A DNA stretch of 64,000 bases from the human T2T-CHM13v2.0 reference genome, Homo sapiens. The notes below the pieces were generated by a model that worked only from the letters and a program-made list of their open reading frames with translations, was not told where the DNA came from and made no database searches. This document shows positions 41,440 through 53,965 of the stretch, piece after piece (positions within the stretch are counted from its first letter, which is position 1; each line of letters opens with the position of its first letter). The stretch is from assembly GCF_009914755.1 (NCBI RefSeq), contig NC_060928.1; one strand, given 5' to 3'. The translations under genes and the position numbers were made by a program.

Positions 41440-42330
41440 TTCTGTGAAGAGTGATGAAGCTGGACATATTTTCATACATTCGTTAGCCATCTGGATTTGC
41501 CCGTCAACTAACAACAAAATAACATTTTTGCCCATTTTAGTATAGTTATGAATTTGTTAATTTTCAAGTTGAAGAGCTTTTGAAAATCTAGACATTAAAT
41601 CTTTATCCATCATGAATTCAGAAGTTATTTTTCATTTTATAGAACATCTTTTGAGGTTATATTTTTCCATAAATTCAAAGAAGTATGAATGCAAATTTTT
41701 TTCATTAATTTCAGATTACCTGTTTTAAGTCTTTAAAGCACCTGGATAAGATAAATATTCACTTTGTTTCTTGTTTAATTTTTACATAAATACTTTAATC
41801 CATTAGGAATTTATTTTTGTGTATAATATCACATAGGTCCTCCATTTTATTTTCTTCCACATGGAGAACCAGTTGTATAGGTACTATTAAATACACCATA
41901 ATTAAACTGATTGAATAAACCACTGAATTCAAAAAATACATTTATTATAAGTTTTTATATATAAGATATCAAATTTTTGTTCATCTGATTTTATTCCAAT
42001 ACTATACTAGAACAATCATACTAGCTTTGTTATATTTTAATTCCTTTAAAATAAGTTCCCTATCAATTTTTAAATAACTTTTAGCTAATTTCATATATCT
42101 AATCCTATCTGTAAATTCGATATTATTTTGGCCAATTCCAAACAAAATAACCATCCTGATTCTAATTCAATTGCATTTATGTCTATGTTAATTATGGAGG
42201 TAATTATGATATTGTTTTCTACTCAATAGAAATTTTGTTCTTTCATTTATTCAGTTCTCATTTTATTAGTTTAAAATATATTATATGTCTATTCACAATT
42301 TTCTGGTTAATTTCATTAGCCTTTTAAAAA
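41440..42330 (-). mobile_element. Ancient L1 (L1M/L1ME) ORF2 3' region fragment
   Basis: Antisense L1 hallmarks: ttagccatctggatt, ctttaatccattaggaatttatttttgtgtata...tttcttccacatggagaaccagttg. Confidence 0.6.
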
Positions 42331-42350
42331 TCCTGTCAATAATATGCATA

Positions 42351-42514
42351 GCTCCATCTTTGGAGCAGAGAGTAGACCCTCTCTAGATACCAAATGTGCT
42401 GATATCTTGATCTTAAACTTCCCAGCCTCCAAAACTGTAAGCAGTAAATTTCTGTTGTTTATGAATTACCCAGTCTAGGGTGTTTTGTTACAGAAGCTCA
42501 AACGGACTAATAGA
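42351..42514 (+). mobile_element. MST (MSTD-like) MaLR LTR 3' half
   Basis: tcttgatcttaaacttcccagcctccaaaactgtaagcagtaaatttctgttgtttatgaattacccagtc...aacggactaa. Confidence 0.75.
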
Positions 42515-42639
42515 GGTCTCATAACATTTCTTTAAGTAAATATGTAGCCCCAGAGCCTTCATTTTAATCTGAGAGAGTTAGCTCCTTATGGTTTACTTTC
42601 CAGTTTCCCTCCAGCAATGTTTTTCACTTCTCGTTAGTA

Positions 42640-43420
42640 CAAGGAAAAGATCAAGATCATTCAAAGATAACCCAACCTGGAAAAAAATGTAAATCAAAGA
42701 ACAGAAGATTATTACTCACAACTTCTTTATACTATAAAGTACATAGTAAAAATATGAAATAAGTCAAATAGGTTCTCAGATTTGAGATATTAAAACACTG
42801 AATAGGCTGGAGAGAGATATTTAATATTGAAAAAAAAAACAAACTGAAGACAAAAGTTTGTTGTAGAATTAATAAGAAATAACCAAAATAGATGTTGCTC
42901 AAAAGTTAATGGGCATAAATAAAAGGTTTAAGATGTTCAACATAAATGCAGATGGGGAAGACCAAAATCTTAAAGAAACTAAAGAGAAGAAAATATACAT
43001 AAAAGATAGATCAAAATGAGATGGAATGAGATGGAATAGAAATCCCAACAAATACATCATATCTCTGTAATGTTCTTTGCACAAAGTTACTTGAAATAAA
43101 AAACTGAATTTGCAATTAAAGAGCATATTGAAAAAACTGAAGCAGAATGTTCGGTCCTAGGTTAGCCATAAAACTTCAAGGATAAAGGATTACTCAGGCA
43201 TCTAGATAAAGCAGTTCACCTACATGGATGGAAAAATCAAGCACATCTCAGGCTACTCCACAGAACTAGGCAGTGCCAGAAAACAGTTGCACAATGTTGA
43301 CAAATGTGATGCAAGAATATAATGCCCAGCCAAGAAGTTATCCAAGTAAAAAGGCAACAGACAGATATTTTTAAACATGAAAAAAACTCAGGAAATGCAG
43401 CAGCCATAAATCAATGGCTA
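42640..43420 (+). mobile_element. HAL1 / ancient L1 ORF1-like fossil
   Basis: tcacctacatggatggaaaaatcaag...gtgatgcaagaatataatgcccagccaag...aaaggcaacagacagatatttttaaacatg..aactcagg resembles the HAL1 ORF1 C-terminal region. Confidence 0.55.
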
Positions 43421-44507
43421 AAACTTCAAAGGACTCAATGGCAAAACCTAATCATTTAAGAAAGGAAGCTCAAGAGTGATTAATCATCACTGAATGTATC
43501 TACTGAAATTTACAATTTAAAAACAAATTTTTAACTCTAATTCCTGGTCTTTTTTAATGCTGCATTCAAATCTTCATAGATTCTCTTATTTTTTTTCTGT
43601 TGTTGCTGTCAAAATTATCTATCTCTACCTGTTTTCTGGCACTGCATGTTGTTACCACAGAGAAAATAAGGCCTTCCTGGTTTTCTTCTAAAGATTTTTC
43701 TTATTCTTTCTCTGCATGCTGAGCACCCATAAAGTGCACTTCTAGGTGAATTGCATTTTCTGTTTGGAATCTTACAGTAAAGTTTAAATGGCTGTGGTTA
43801 GACAGAGCAGATCTGAGTCACTATCAAGTTTCCTTCATCTTTTATATAGCACAGAAGGAATCCAAAAGTTTCTATCTCCCCTTCACTGCAGAATCACCTG
43901 ACATAGCCTTCTCTAAGAGCTGTCTGTTCATGAGAATGTCCACCAGGGAAGCTAAGAATAAGCTGCTACAGTACTTTAGGGCACAATAAATATATTATTA
44001 ATGGGACTTGTTGCTGTCTTGACCTCCATTAGCCAGAAGTTTGATGATTTGCATGCCATCAGTTTTATGCTAAAACACCAAGAAGGAAGAAAAAAAAACA
44101 AACTGAAGACAATTAGCCCCCTCCCAGTCCCTGGATAAGAAGAATATCAGCTAATTAGTGCATATTCTCTACTCTTCATTCATAGGCAGTAGTGTCTCCC
44201 AGGTCCTAGCAGGACCTTCCATGAGTACAGGGACAAGCCTTCCACAAGCATTTCAAAGATCACATAGGCAATGCTCTGCTTAAAATCATCAGTGTTCTGG
44301 TGCTCTCTCAAGCCTTTGTGCTACCTCAAGTCACCACGTGCAGCTTACAGGGAGATAAAGCCCTGTGCATACCCTCACCTTCCAGATTTTGGCATAGCAC
44401 TAAGTTTTGCAATCATTCCCAAGCCTTAGCCACCTTCTGCCGCACTCAGCCGAAATAATTTGACTGTGGTTATGAGGGGAAGAAGTCAGAGATGTGTACT
44501 TTGTTAG

Positions 44508-44802
44508 TGTGGCAGTCATGAAAATGCACCACTCAGATCTCCTGCAGTGTGGAACGCAGTGGATGGAGAGCCTCCACTGCTGTGTCTGCCCCTGGATCCA
44601 CCCGCTGTGTTTCCATGGAGGCCACACTTCCTACAGGCTACTTCTAGCAAATGACTAAGAATAGTGGAGGCACAAAAGTGGACTTTCCGGTGAAATTCAG
44701 GACTCTTTCAACGGGCATCTTTGGCTTAAGGACTCCTGATTGGCCTGGCCAGTCTGAGATTTCTCCTTCTCTCTCTTTTATCACAGATATCAGACCTGCA
44801 TC
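44508..44802 (+). mobile_element. LTR16A/B-like ERVL LTR (3'-truncated)
   Basis: tgtggcagtcatgaaaatgcaccactcagatctcc...gaggccacacttcc...aatgact...acgggcatctttg...tggcctggcc...tcacagatatcagacctgcatc. Confidence 0.72.
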
Positions 44803-45084
44803 TTCCCTTGGGGCAGGCAGTTAGAAGGATGAGGATGAAACCCTGTAAAACTGGTTACTTATAAACAACATTAACATTGACAACAAAGTTTACCAAAAAG
44901 ACTACTGTATTGTCAACTGAAAGAAATTCTTTAACTTTAAGATACCAAACTTGGCCAAGTTATATTTTTCTCTATTATTTTATTCTGTAAGTTGGGATAT
45001 TTTACAGGTGCGCAGGACAAAACACATGAACTTTTGCCTGTGGCTAAATGTGAAATAAGACTAATATTTAATAAAAATGAGGTA

Positions 45085-45304
45085 GAATTTTGAGTGTTTT
45101 ATGCATATTAATTTATTTAACCTTTATAAAAACTTTATGAAATATTAAAATTATGGTTTCCATTCTGCATATGAAGAAAATGAGGCAGAGAAAGATAAAG
45201 TGATGTTTCAAGGCCACATGACAAGGAAGAAGCAGAGTTAGGATTCCACCCTAGAAACTCTGGCTCCTCAGATGGTAAGTTTTGCCATTGTGCCCTACTG
45301 TCTC
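45085..45304 (-). mobile_element. MIR
   Basis: ttccattctgcatatgaagaaaatgaggcagagaaagataaagtgatgtttcaaggccaca. Confidence 0.7.
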
Positions 45305-45414
45305 TTCATATACTTTATGAATTGAAGAGGCCTCCTTTTTATATATTCGTGATATGCTCTGTGCTGTAGTTTTCCTTTAGAAACACCAGAACCCCCAAAA
45401 CATGTACAGGTATT

Positions 45415-46380
45415 CTATCACTCAATAATTATTCAGCACCTAACATATGCCCAACATTCAGTCACTAGACATATAATGGTGTATTAGTCCATTTTCACAC
45501 TGCTGATAAAGACATACCTCAGACTGGGAAATTTACAAAAGAAAGGGGTTTCACTGGACTCACAATCATGATGGAAGGCAAGGAGGAGCAAGTCATGTCT
45601 TACGTGGATGGCAGCAGGCAAACAGAGAACTTGTGCAGAGAAACGCCCATTTTTAAAACTGTAAGATCTCGTGAGACCCATTCACTATCATGAGAACAGC
45701 ACGGGAAAGACACACCCCCATGATTCAATCATCTCCCACCAGGTCCCTCCCACAACATGTGGGAATTATGGGAGCTACAAGATGAGATTTGGGTGGGGAT
45801 ATAGAGCCAAACCATATCAAATGGTAAAAAAGGCAGGCAAGTTCTTTATTCTCAGTGGAGTTGTTAGTCCAGTGTCAAACCAGATGCATTATATAAATAC
45901 AGGTTTCAAACAAGGCTATAAAGAAGGATATAGAGTAGTGTCAGGGAGAGTGACTAGGCAAAAAACTTCTCTCATCAGATGGCATTTCAGCTAAAGGATG
46001 AAAAAGGACTATCCATGCAGTTAGCCCAGGAAAGGGCATTATGAGAGAAAAGGATGTTAAGCATGTGAGTGACTATATGTGCTCTGGAAGTGAGATGATG
46101 TTGGTATGGATGACGTGTAGCAGTGAAGACAATGAAAACTGGAGTGACTTGGATGATATGGGTGATGTGAAAATCGGGAGAGAGGAGAAGGGAAAAGTAA
46201 AGGATATCGCCTATGTTTAGGGCTTCAACAACTAGGAAGACACTGGTACCATTTATCATCAGATGGAAAACTGTATTTGAGAGAAAAATCCAAGACTTCC
46301 ATTTTAAACATGTTAGAAATTACTAATGGACATTCAATTGAAGGCATCAAGTAGGTAAAATGGAGAAGTCTGCAGGTCAG
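45415..46380 (-). mobile_element. L2 3' fragment interrupted by THE1A
   Basis: cactcaataattattcagcacctaacatatgcc (antisense L2 end)...actggtaccattta...ttccattttaaacatgtta. Confidence 0.55.
45480..45819 (-). mobile_element. THE1A-like MaLR solo LTR
   Basis: tgtattagtccattttcacactgctgataaagacatacc...gagatttgggtgggga..agagccaaaccatatca, with perfect 5-bp TSD AATGG (45475-79 and 45820-24). Confidence 0.92.
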
Positions 46381-46516
46381 CGTCTAGCCATGAGGTATTT
46401 CTAAGTCCCTCCCCATCAACCACAAAGTGTGATCATTGGATTCTCTGAGCTCTCACAAACTTTGTGCCTTTCTTTTGCCATATATCACATGAAAGTTTTT
46501 GAAAAGTATTCTAGGA

Positions 46517-46829
46517 CAGGGATCTCCAACCCCCTGGGCTGGTCTGTAATGTAGCCTGTTAGGAACAGGGCCACACAGCAGAAGGTGAGTGATGGGTTAG
46601 CAAGCATTACCACCTGAGCTCCACCTCCTGTCAGATCAGCAGTGGCAACAGATTTTCATAGGAACGTGATCTAGGTTGCATGCTCCTTATGAGAACCTAA
46701 CTAATGCCTGATAATCTGAGGTGGAACAGTTTCATTCCAAACCATCCCCTCCCATCCCCAACTCCCGTCTGTTGAAAAACTGTCTTCCATGAAACCGGTC
46801 CCTAGTGCCAAAAATGTTGGAGATCACTG
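46517..46829. mobile_element. MER1B hAT-Charlie MITE
   Basis: cagggatctccaacccc...cctgagctccacctcctgtcagatcagc...gaaaccggtccctagtgccaaaaatgttggagatcactg, with 8-bp TSD ttctagga / ttctagaa. Confidence 0.9.
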
Positions 46830-48349
46830 TTCTAGAACACATGGGGATTTCCATATGAGCCATGCTAAAATATTCAGACAAATAAAAGATGTCAAAGCTT
46901 TTCATGCCTAAAGCTTTCAAATTACCCTCTATCTATAAGCATCCAGAAGACGAGAGTTGTCCTTAACCAAATATTTGTGACATCCCTCTACTAGATAAAG
47001 CTCATGGTCATCTATATTTATGTTTCTTGTAGCTCCAAAGGCAATGATTTGTACAGAAATTTTGTTTAATAGTGCAATTATTGATATAAATAACTATCAG
47101 CAAGAATGTTTTTCGGAATACAGTTTTGCTGTTTTTCTTATAGGGTATTTGCTTATCTTTGAATAAGCATGGAGGGGAGAAGAAATGATTGACTAACAAG
47201 CTCTAAAGATACTATACTATACTGTGGAAAGAAAAAAAAAAAACACCATCCCTTCCAAAGGAATCTGTTTGTGTAATGTCTGATAATTAATGAGTATCTG
47301 TAAAGGACACCAGAAGCAAGAAGCAAATGTTAGTAGACAATTTGTCAAAGTTATAAATAGGTTTAAATCACTCTATGGTAGAATTAACTTAAAAGTTTTA
47401 ACACATTTTGTCATTTTTACAGACATACCTTAAGAAAATTTTCATACATTAAATGTGTATATTTTACCTCAGTTGTAACATTCAATGAAATATTTTATCA
47501 TCCTGTACATAATCATATAAATAAATGAAACTATTTTTTTCTGTGTGTTTTTTCTTTTGTCATATTCTTTTTATTTTTATTTTTTTGAAGTGAAATATAT
47601 TTCAAAGTTATCCAAGAAGTTGTACTACTTATAGGATTAATTATATAGTTTCTGTTCTGAAATTATGATTTGATTTTAAAGATTCTGCCAGTCTCTCTGT
47701 ATTTTAGATTATCACACAAGCTCTAGGCTGAGAGACACAAAGGTGAAAAAAGTAACCTACTTACCCTTTAAGTTTATTACTTTCAAAAGTGGCTGGTGTT
47801 TGATTTCACGTGATGTTACATAACATGACTTCCAGGAGACAATTTACAGCCTTGACATAGTAAGGTGGGCTGCTTAAGCTCAACGCAGTACTGCTGTTTT
47901 ATGTAAGTCACTGTCAGGCATATTTATTATCAATACCTAAGGCATGCCAAACAGCTGCACTTGCTCTCTTTGAAATATTTTGAACATTTTTTATGGACCT
48001 ATTAGCACTAATAATAATTTTCAACATGAACTGATAAAACCAGATTTGTGACTGTTGTGACCCCTCCAGCAGGCATGCCTTTTCTGAGGTAAATGCATAG
48101 TACCTCTGTTCAAGTTTAATCCCTTAAAATAACAGCTTTAACTTCATCTCTGTCAGTGCTGGTACTGCTAATACTGTTTTTTTCAGCAGCTGTGAGCACT
48201 AATATATGTGAGGTGCTCCTTGGACTATAATAATCACATCTCCCCATTGTGTTTACAGTCTCTTTTATACAGGGTCCAGGAGGATATTTGCTCACACAGT
48301 TACATAGATTCACTTTCTTAGAGACATGAGATAGAAGCCAGATGTGGGT

Positions 48350-48600
48350 TATTAACTAATTATTGACTATAATAATGATGATGCCTTAAATATCATATGA
48401 CTATAGGAAAACAGAAATGTTACGTATATAATAGACACATATCATTTTATTTTCTCACACATCCTGTGAATCAGACACTATTATATCTATTTTCAACTTG
48501 AGAAAAACTCAAGTTCAGCGAGCCAATTAACTACTCACTGAAGTCAAACAGCTAGGAAGTCATAAACCCTAGACTCCAACCCATGTATTTTGATTGCATA
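48350..48600 (-). mobile_element. MIR fragment
   Basis: ttctcacacatcctgtgaa...tattttcaacttgagaaaaactcaagttcagcgag...aagtcaaacagctaggaagt. Confidence 0.5.
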
Positions 48601-51600
48601 TGTTTTCATGGTACAAATCCTAATTTTGAGCCCAAGCTCAATTTATAACATTGACCAAGACTCAGAAGGAACATATAAAATTTTTAAACCTTTTAAAAAC
48701 AGTTACTTAAAAGCAGTTTAAGAAATTCATGTAATTAATGACAATTCAATTGCCTCCCCAGAAGTACCAAAATTACTTTGTAATTTTGCAAAAACATTAA
48801 TTGAAATAAAATTTAAAAGAACTAAACTTTGTTTAAAAGAATCACAAAGGTTTTATGAAATGATATTTCCATTGTTTTAAACTCAAAACACTGTTTTTAT
48901 TGGATCTAAAGGTAAGAACACAGTATCTCAAGATTTTGCATATTGAAGAAGGGCTCATGCACTTACAGACATCTTTATGTCAGATAGACACAGATCCTTT
49001 GATTAAAATCAATCTCATAGGCCAGAGCCAGAGCTTCCAGAGATAATAAGAAAGTTTCATTTCTGGAGGAGGGCTGATTTTCTCTCCAATCCTACACATT
49101 GTACCACTTTAACAAACAAACAGTGCCCAAGTTGTGTTGTACTAACTTCTGCTTACTTATAGTGGTATCCTTTGAAAGATCTCAAGAGTATACAAGGATA
49201 AAGTATGTTATTCAAAAAATGCATACCCGAAGCTAGCTATTGTCTCTTGGAAACTGTGAAGCCTCTTCTCACTTACTCAGTTCTTTATTCTTAATGTTTC
49301 TTAAATTTATACATAAATATGTATTCTATCCCATATAAAAATATTATAGTAAAGCAAAAAATGTCACACAAACCAGTTGCAGAGTACAAGGTACATAGTA
49401 TTAAAGATAAGAGGAAATGAATTCACAAACAAAAATGCCTTCCCATTTCAATGAGCACTTCTACTGTGAACTGCTATAAGCAATAAGGGAAAAGAGGAAT
49501 GTGTGGCTGAATCTCCTCCAGTAAAATCTTTGATGATCACAAAACACAATCCAATGTGACTAAGCAGACTGACAGAGTTTTGATTTTGTAAATAGAAGAT
49601 AAAACTCAAAATATGCATCTTAGTTGTAATATAATTCAGGAAGAACCAAAGCAGCAAGAAGATTAAAAAAGTAAGATGCAAGAACAATCCATTTTTCTTG
49701 TAAGAGATGAATTCAGCAATTTGAGAAATGTGCTGGACGTAAAAAGCGTTAAAAGGCTGAAGTTGCCAGAGTTTATGCTTGGTCAGCACAACCTGTTATA
49801 AAAATTTGGCTTTTGTTGCTGAAAGAATACTATTTGCATATATATGTAACATATGATATATATACTTATATATGTATATTATATATACCCATATGTATAT
49901 GCATATTAAGAGACCATAATGGCTGGTTTGAACTAAAGAACAAATATTGGCTGTTTATTTCATATAGAAATTACTTTAGAATCGCATATGCTATTCTGAT
50001 GTTTCTATGTATACCTATACATACATACATATAGTATGCATGTATGTGTGTGTACACACACACGTGATGTTGTTAGCATAAACCTTTAAGTGACTCAGGC
50101 ACTTCTGTATATGTACATGGCATCTTCTTGTAACATCAACATTTTTCTCAACTCATTTGGAGACGTCCCTAACTCACCTTTTTCCTCTGCTTATGTGGTT
50201 TATCTTATCATTATGATTTCAATTTCCATGTTTCCAATTTTGTCACATAATCCATCTCTCTGTGAAAAAATAAATTCTTTCACAAAGATAGTTAACCTAC
50301 TAAAATTGTGAGAATGAACATATTTTTAAAATATTCATCATAGCAGTTATTTGAATGGAAAAAATGGCTAGCATAGTTAAAACACCTATTGAGCTACCTC
50401 CTTTCAATTTTCTTGTGTCTTAAAGCCTTTTGGTTTTACACGGGCATCAGACTAGCCATTGTAAAGTATGGTTTCATTTACAGTCATATCACAAAATAAG
50501 ATTACTTTCGTTGACTGTGAGATTAGAGCCTTCCCCACAAATGTGTATTTTATAGCTACTGTTAGGTGTAAGCAATCATAGCTTAAAACTGGAAGCAAAC
50601 ACACAGAAATCATCCAGTTGATTCAGGCTAGAGGCTCTTAGGCAAGTCACTCTTCATTTGCCCAAGTCAAGATAAGCAGTGCTAACATTCTCATTATTCA
50701 TCAATAAAACAAGAAGGATGAAAAGAATAGGAGGGCACTGAATGTGATAAATGCCAAATAAAATATTTGGGAAAAGTGAATGTAGAAGGTGGAGATTAAA
50801 ATACAACATATCCTTGGGTCACTCAGTTAAAAGGCTGTGTACATTCATCAGGGAACTCTATAGTGTTTGGTGAGCACATTAATAGACCTAAGGGAATCCT
50901 GACGGAGGTAATATAAACACCCAGTCCTTGTCATATATCATCACCAAGTATTATAAACTATCCTTAGGAAAACCATGTGTTTTTCCAACATTAAAAAAAT
51001 GTGCAAAATTTCGGGTCATGATACCAGCCTTTTGAGGAGAATTTTTAACCTACTGATACTCTTGTCAAACACAGACTGCAATAAATATTGAGATAAAAAG
51101 CTTAATCAAGAAAATATGTGTTTATTCATATACTATGCTATCTAAGAAAAGTAATACAACTGGTATCTCCAATAAACAAATAAGACACGATATCAAGAAT
51201 GCAAGATTAGTTCTTTTGGAATTTTGCTGACAAAATATGCAGCATTGTTTGAGACAAAAGAAAACATAAATATAGTGGGGGCATGTATTGACTTGCAACA
51301 TATAACATGTTCAGCTTCAGTGCACCCTAATGTGTTATATGATACTTTTAACACTAAAGAAGACTCACCAATAGAAACGTGTACTATAGGCAGGCCACTC
51401 ACTGACATTTTTGTTTGCCCTCTGAAAAATAATCTAACTTCAGTAGAACAAAGAGACAAAAAGAAGAAAAACAAATAACTGCAAGATTCCCTTCTGGCAC
51501 ACTTAATAAGATGGGCAGGGATAAGTTACTAAAATTTTATGGGAGGTCTTTTAAGCACCATGGCGTGGTCATTAACTATTGGAAAGTATTAGCAACCAAA

Positions 51601-52271
51601 GATCATCCAAATGCATAGCAAACTGTGTGTCATGCCAACCATGATGAAACAAAACAGAACTGAATACATAAAGAACACCCATAAAAATGGCTAACCAGCT
51701 GACAAATTGCAGATGAAATTTGTAGTTAAATATAACCTCAGTAAAAATTCTGATTTTACTCCTTTATCTAACAGTAAACAGTCAAGTATTTCCATGTTAA
51801 ATACAAAATCTATGTCTTTAAAATGATACCACTGCATACTGAGGCATGTTTACTGCAAAGCTATTCAAACTTAAGCATTTCTCACTTTCACCAACCCCTT
51901 CCTGGACTCTGAAGTTTATATAGTTTTGCAGAATACTCTAAAGTAAGATATGCTTTCTTAATTTGGTTAAGAAATCTCTCTCCTTTGACTCCAACTTCCC
52001 TCTATATTTATCCCCTAATTTTGACTAACAGTAGAGTGGCCAAATACATTTTTGAGATCCAGCTAAGGGGAAATTATTTGGAGAAATGTTTAGTTTAGAT
52101 TTACTGGAATATATTTTAGGGACTGGCAGTGATTTCTGTGTATACTTTAGGTATTGTCAGTCAAAAGAATAGTTCCTACTAATCCTCCTACCAACCATTT
52201 GCAGAGCCAGAGATAATACCATGATATGAATATGTCCTTGAAGACCTAGAAATGGGAGTATGTGCATAGTG

Positions 52272-52546
52272 GAGCAGGAAAAGGGAAGGGAAGGGAAGGA
52301 AAGGGAAGGGAAGGGAAGGAAAGGGAAGGGAAGGGGAAGAAGGGGGGAAGTGGGAGGGAGGGGGGAGGAAGGAGGGAGGGGGGACGTGGGGAAGGGGGGA
52401 AGTGGGGAAGGGGGACGTGGGGAAGGGGAGAAGTGGGGAAGGGGGGAAGTGGGGAAGGGGGGAGGGAGGGAAGCAGGGAGGGAGGGAGGGAAGGAAGAAA
52501 GGAAGGAAGAAAGGAAGAAAGGAAGGAAGAAAGGAAGGAAGGAAAA
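52272..52546. repeat. Polypurine compound repeat (GGGAA)n / G-rich minisatellite / (GGAA)n
   Basis: Direct reading. Central units are ggggaagggggaagt / ggggaagggggacgt. Confidence 0.93.
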
Positions 52547-52699
52547 TGAATGAAGCTTGAATGTAGCCTTTGGATAATTTTCTAATCAACAGACATGTAA
52601 AGTTATGAGTGGGGGATTTGCTTCTCATCAATACCTAGATAAAACATAAATTCACTCTCATCATTAAAGGATTAGAATCAGTAGTTCATCATAGTAACT

Positions 52700-53965
52700 A
52701 TACACACACTAAACATTTTATTTATTTATGGGAATTGCATTGGAATGTGATCAGAAATCCTGTTTGTAGAACAGAAGCCCAGCAGTACTGCTTCACCTCA
52801 AAATTTGTGAGTAAAATCACCTGCTTTCTCCATGCCAACATATTGGATCATGTCTAAGTATATCTGACTCCTTGTGGCCTGATGAAGTCTAAGGGTTTCA
52901 GAATAAAAGGCATGCAAACTGCTACAGATCTAGCAAGCCAATATGAAGAAATAAACATTCAGCACTGAAATTCTTCACATATTAATTGATCAAACGATGC
53001 ATGTAGTATCAGTGCTTGAGTACACCATCATGAAGTTCAGTACTCCCAATTTGGAACAAATGAAGGGTAACTTTTAGTCATTATTAAATTTATTTATGGA
53101 AAAAACTAAGAAAATTCTGATTAAAATTAGTAGAATACAAAACAATATAATAAAAAAGCAAGGGAAGCAGTGGAATTTACCTTGACATTGAAAAGTAAAT
53201 TATGACAAAGAATTAGACCATGCTATCAGTAATAATTCCTTAAGAGATACATTTTGAAAAGCAGTAATGAAAAGACTTTTAGATTATTTGAAAATCCAAT
53301 AAATGAAGAAAAGTAAATCTTATATTAGTAAAGACTTTTTTGCTGATTGTCACAAAATGCTGACATGAAAAAAATAACTACAAATCTCACAATTAGCCTT
53401 TACAATAAGGACATAGTAGAGAAAAAACTGGTTAATGCAAGGAGTATTTAAAATTAATTGTTGCATAAATGGCCTTCAAAAGCCATGAAATCTTATAGCC
53501 CAAACATGAAAGAAAGTTAACAGTTTTGCCAAATTTGAGAATAAGACTAAAAATGTATTTGACATTACTAAAATGAATCATGAATCTAACAGTTTTCAGA
53601 TCTGTCAACAAAAAAAGACTGCCAATAAAAAAGACTGAATTACCTTTCTATTTGAAGAAATTACAAAATCACTGTCATATGAGAAGATAATCAAATAGTA
53701 CACAGGATGTTTCCTATGAAAAAATTAAAATAAATATCTTATGGATGTGTAAGCAGTTAATTAAAATTCTACACTTTTAAATGGATTTTAAATATTTTTT
53801 AGATATTTTGGCTTTTTCACATTTTTACTTTTTTGTGATTACTTATTCTAATTCTCACTTCTGAGCCTACATTTTTATTTTTAATGTTGGATTACTTTTG
53901 ATAAGGACAGTCCCTAAAATTGCACAAATAGGTTTCACATGGCATAAAATCTAGATTCATACACA
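52700..53965 (+). mobile_element. Zaphod/MER115-like hAT-Tip100 transposon fossil (decayed transposase C-terminus and right end)
   Basis: ccaaatttgag...aaaaatgtatttgacattac...aagactgaattacctttctat...ttacaaaatcactgtcatatga resembles the coding region of the hAT dimerisation domain. It may extend left to about 51200. Confidence 0.55.

Noticed and set aside
52188-52631. Pro/Phe-rich and Gly/Arg/Glu-rich ORFs
   Set aside because: These are translations of the polypurine repeat.
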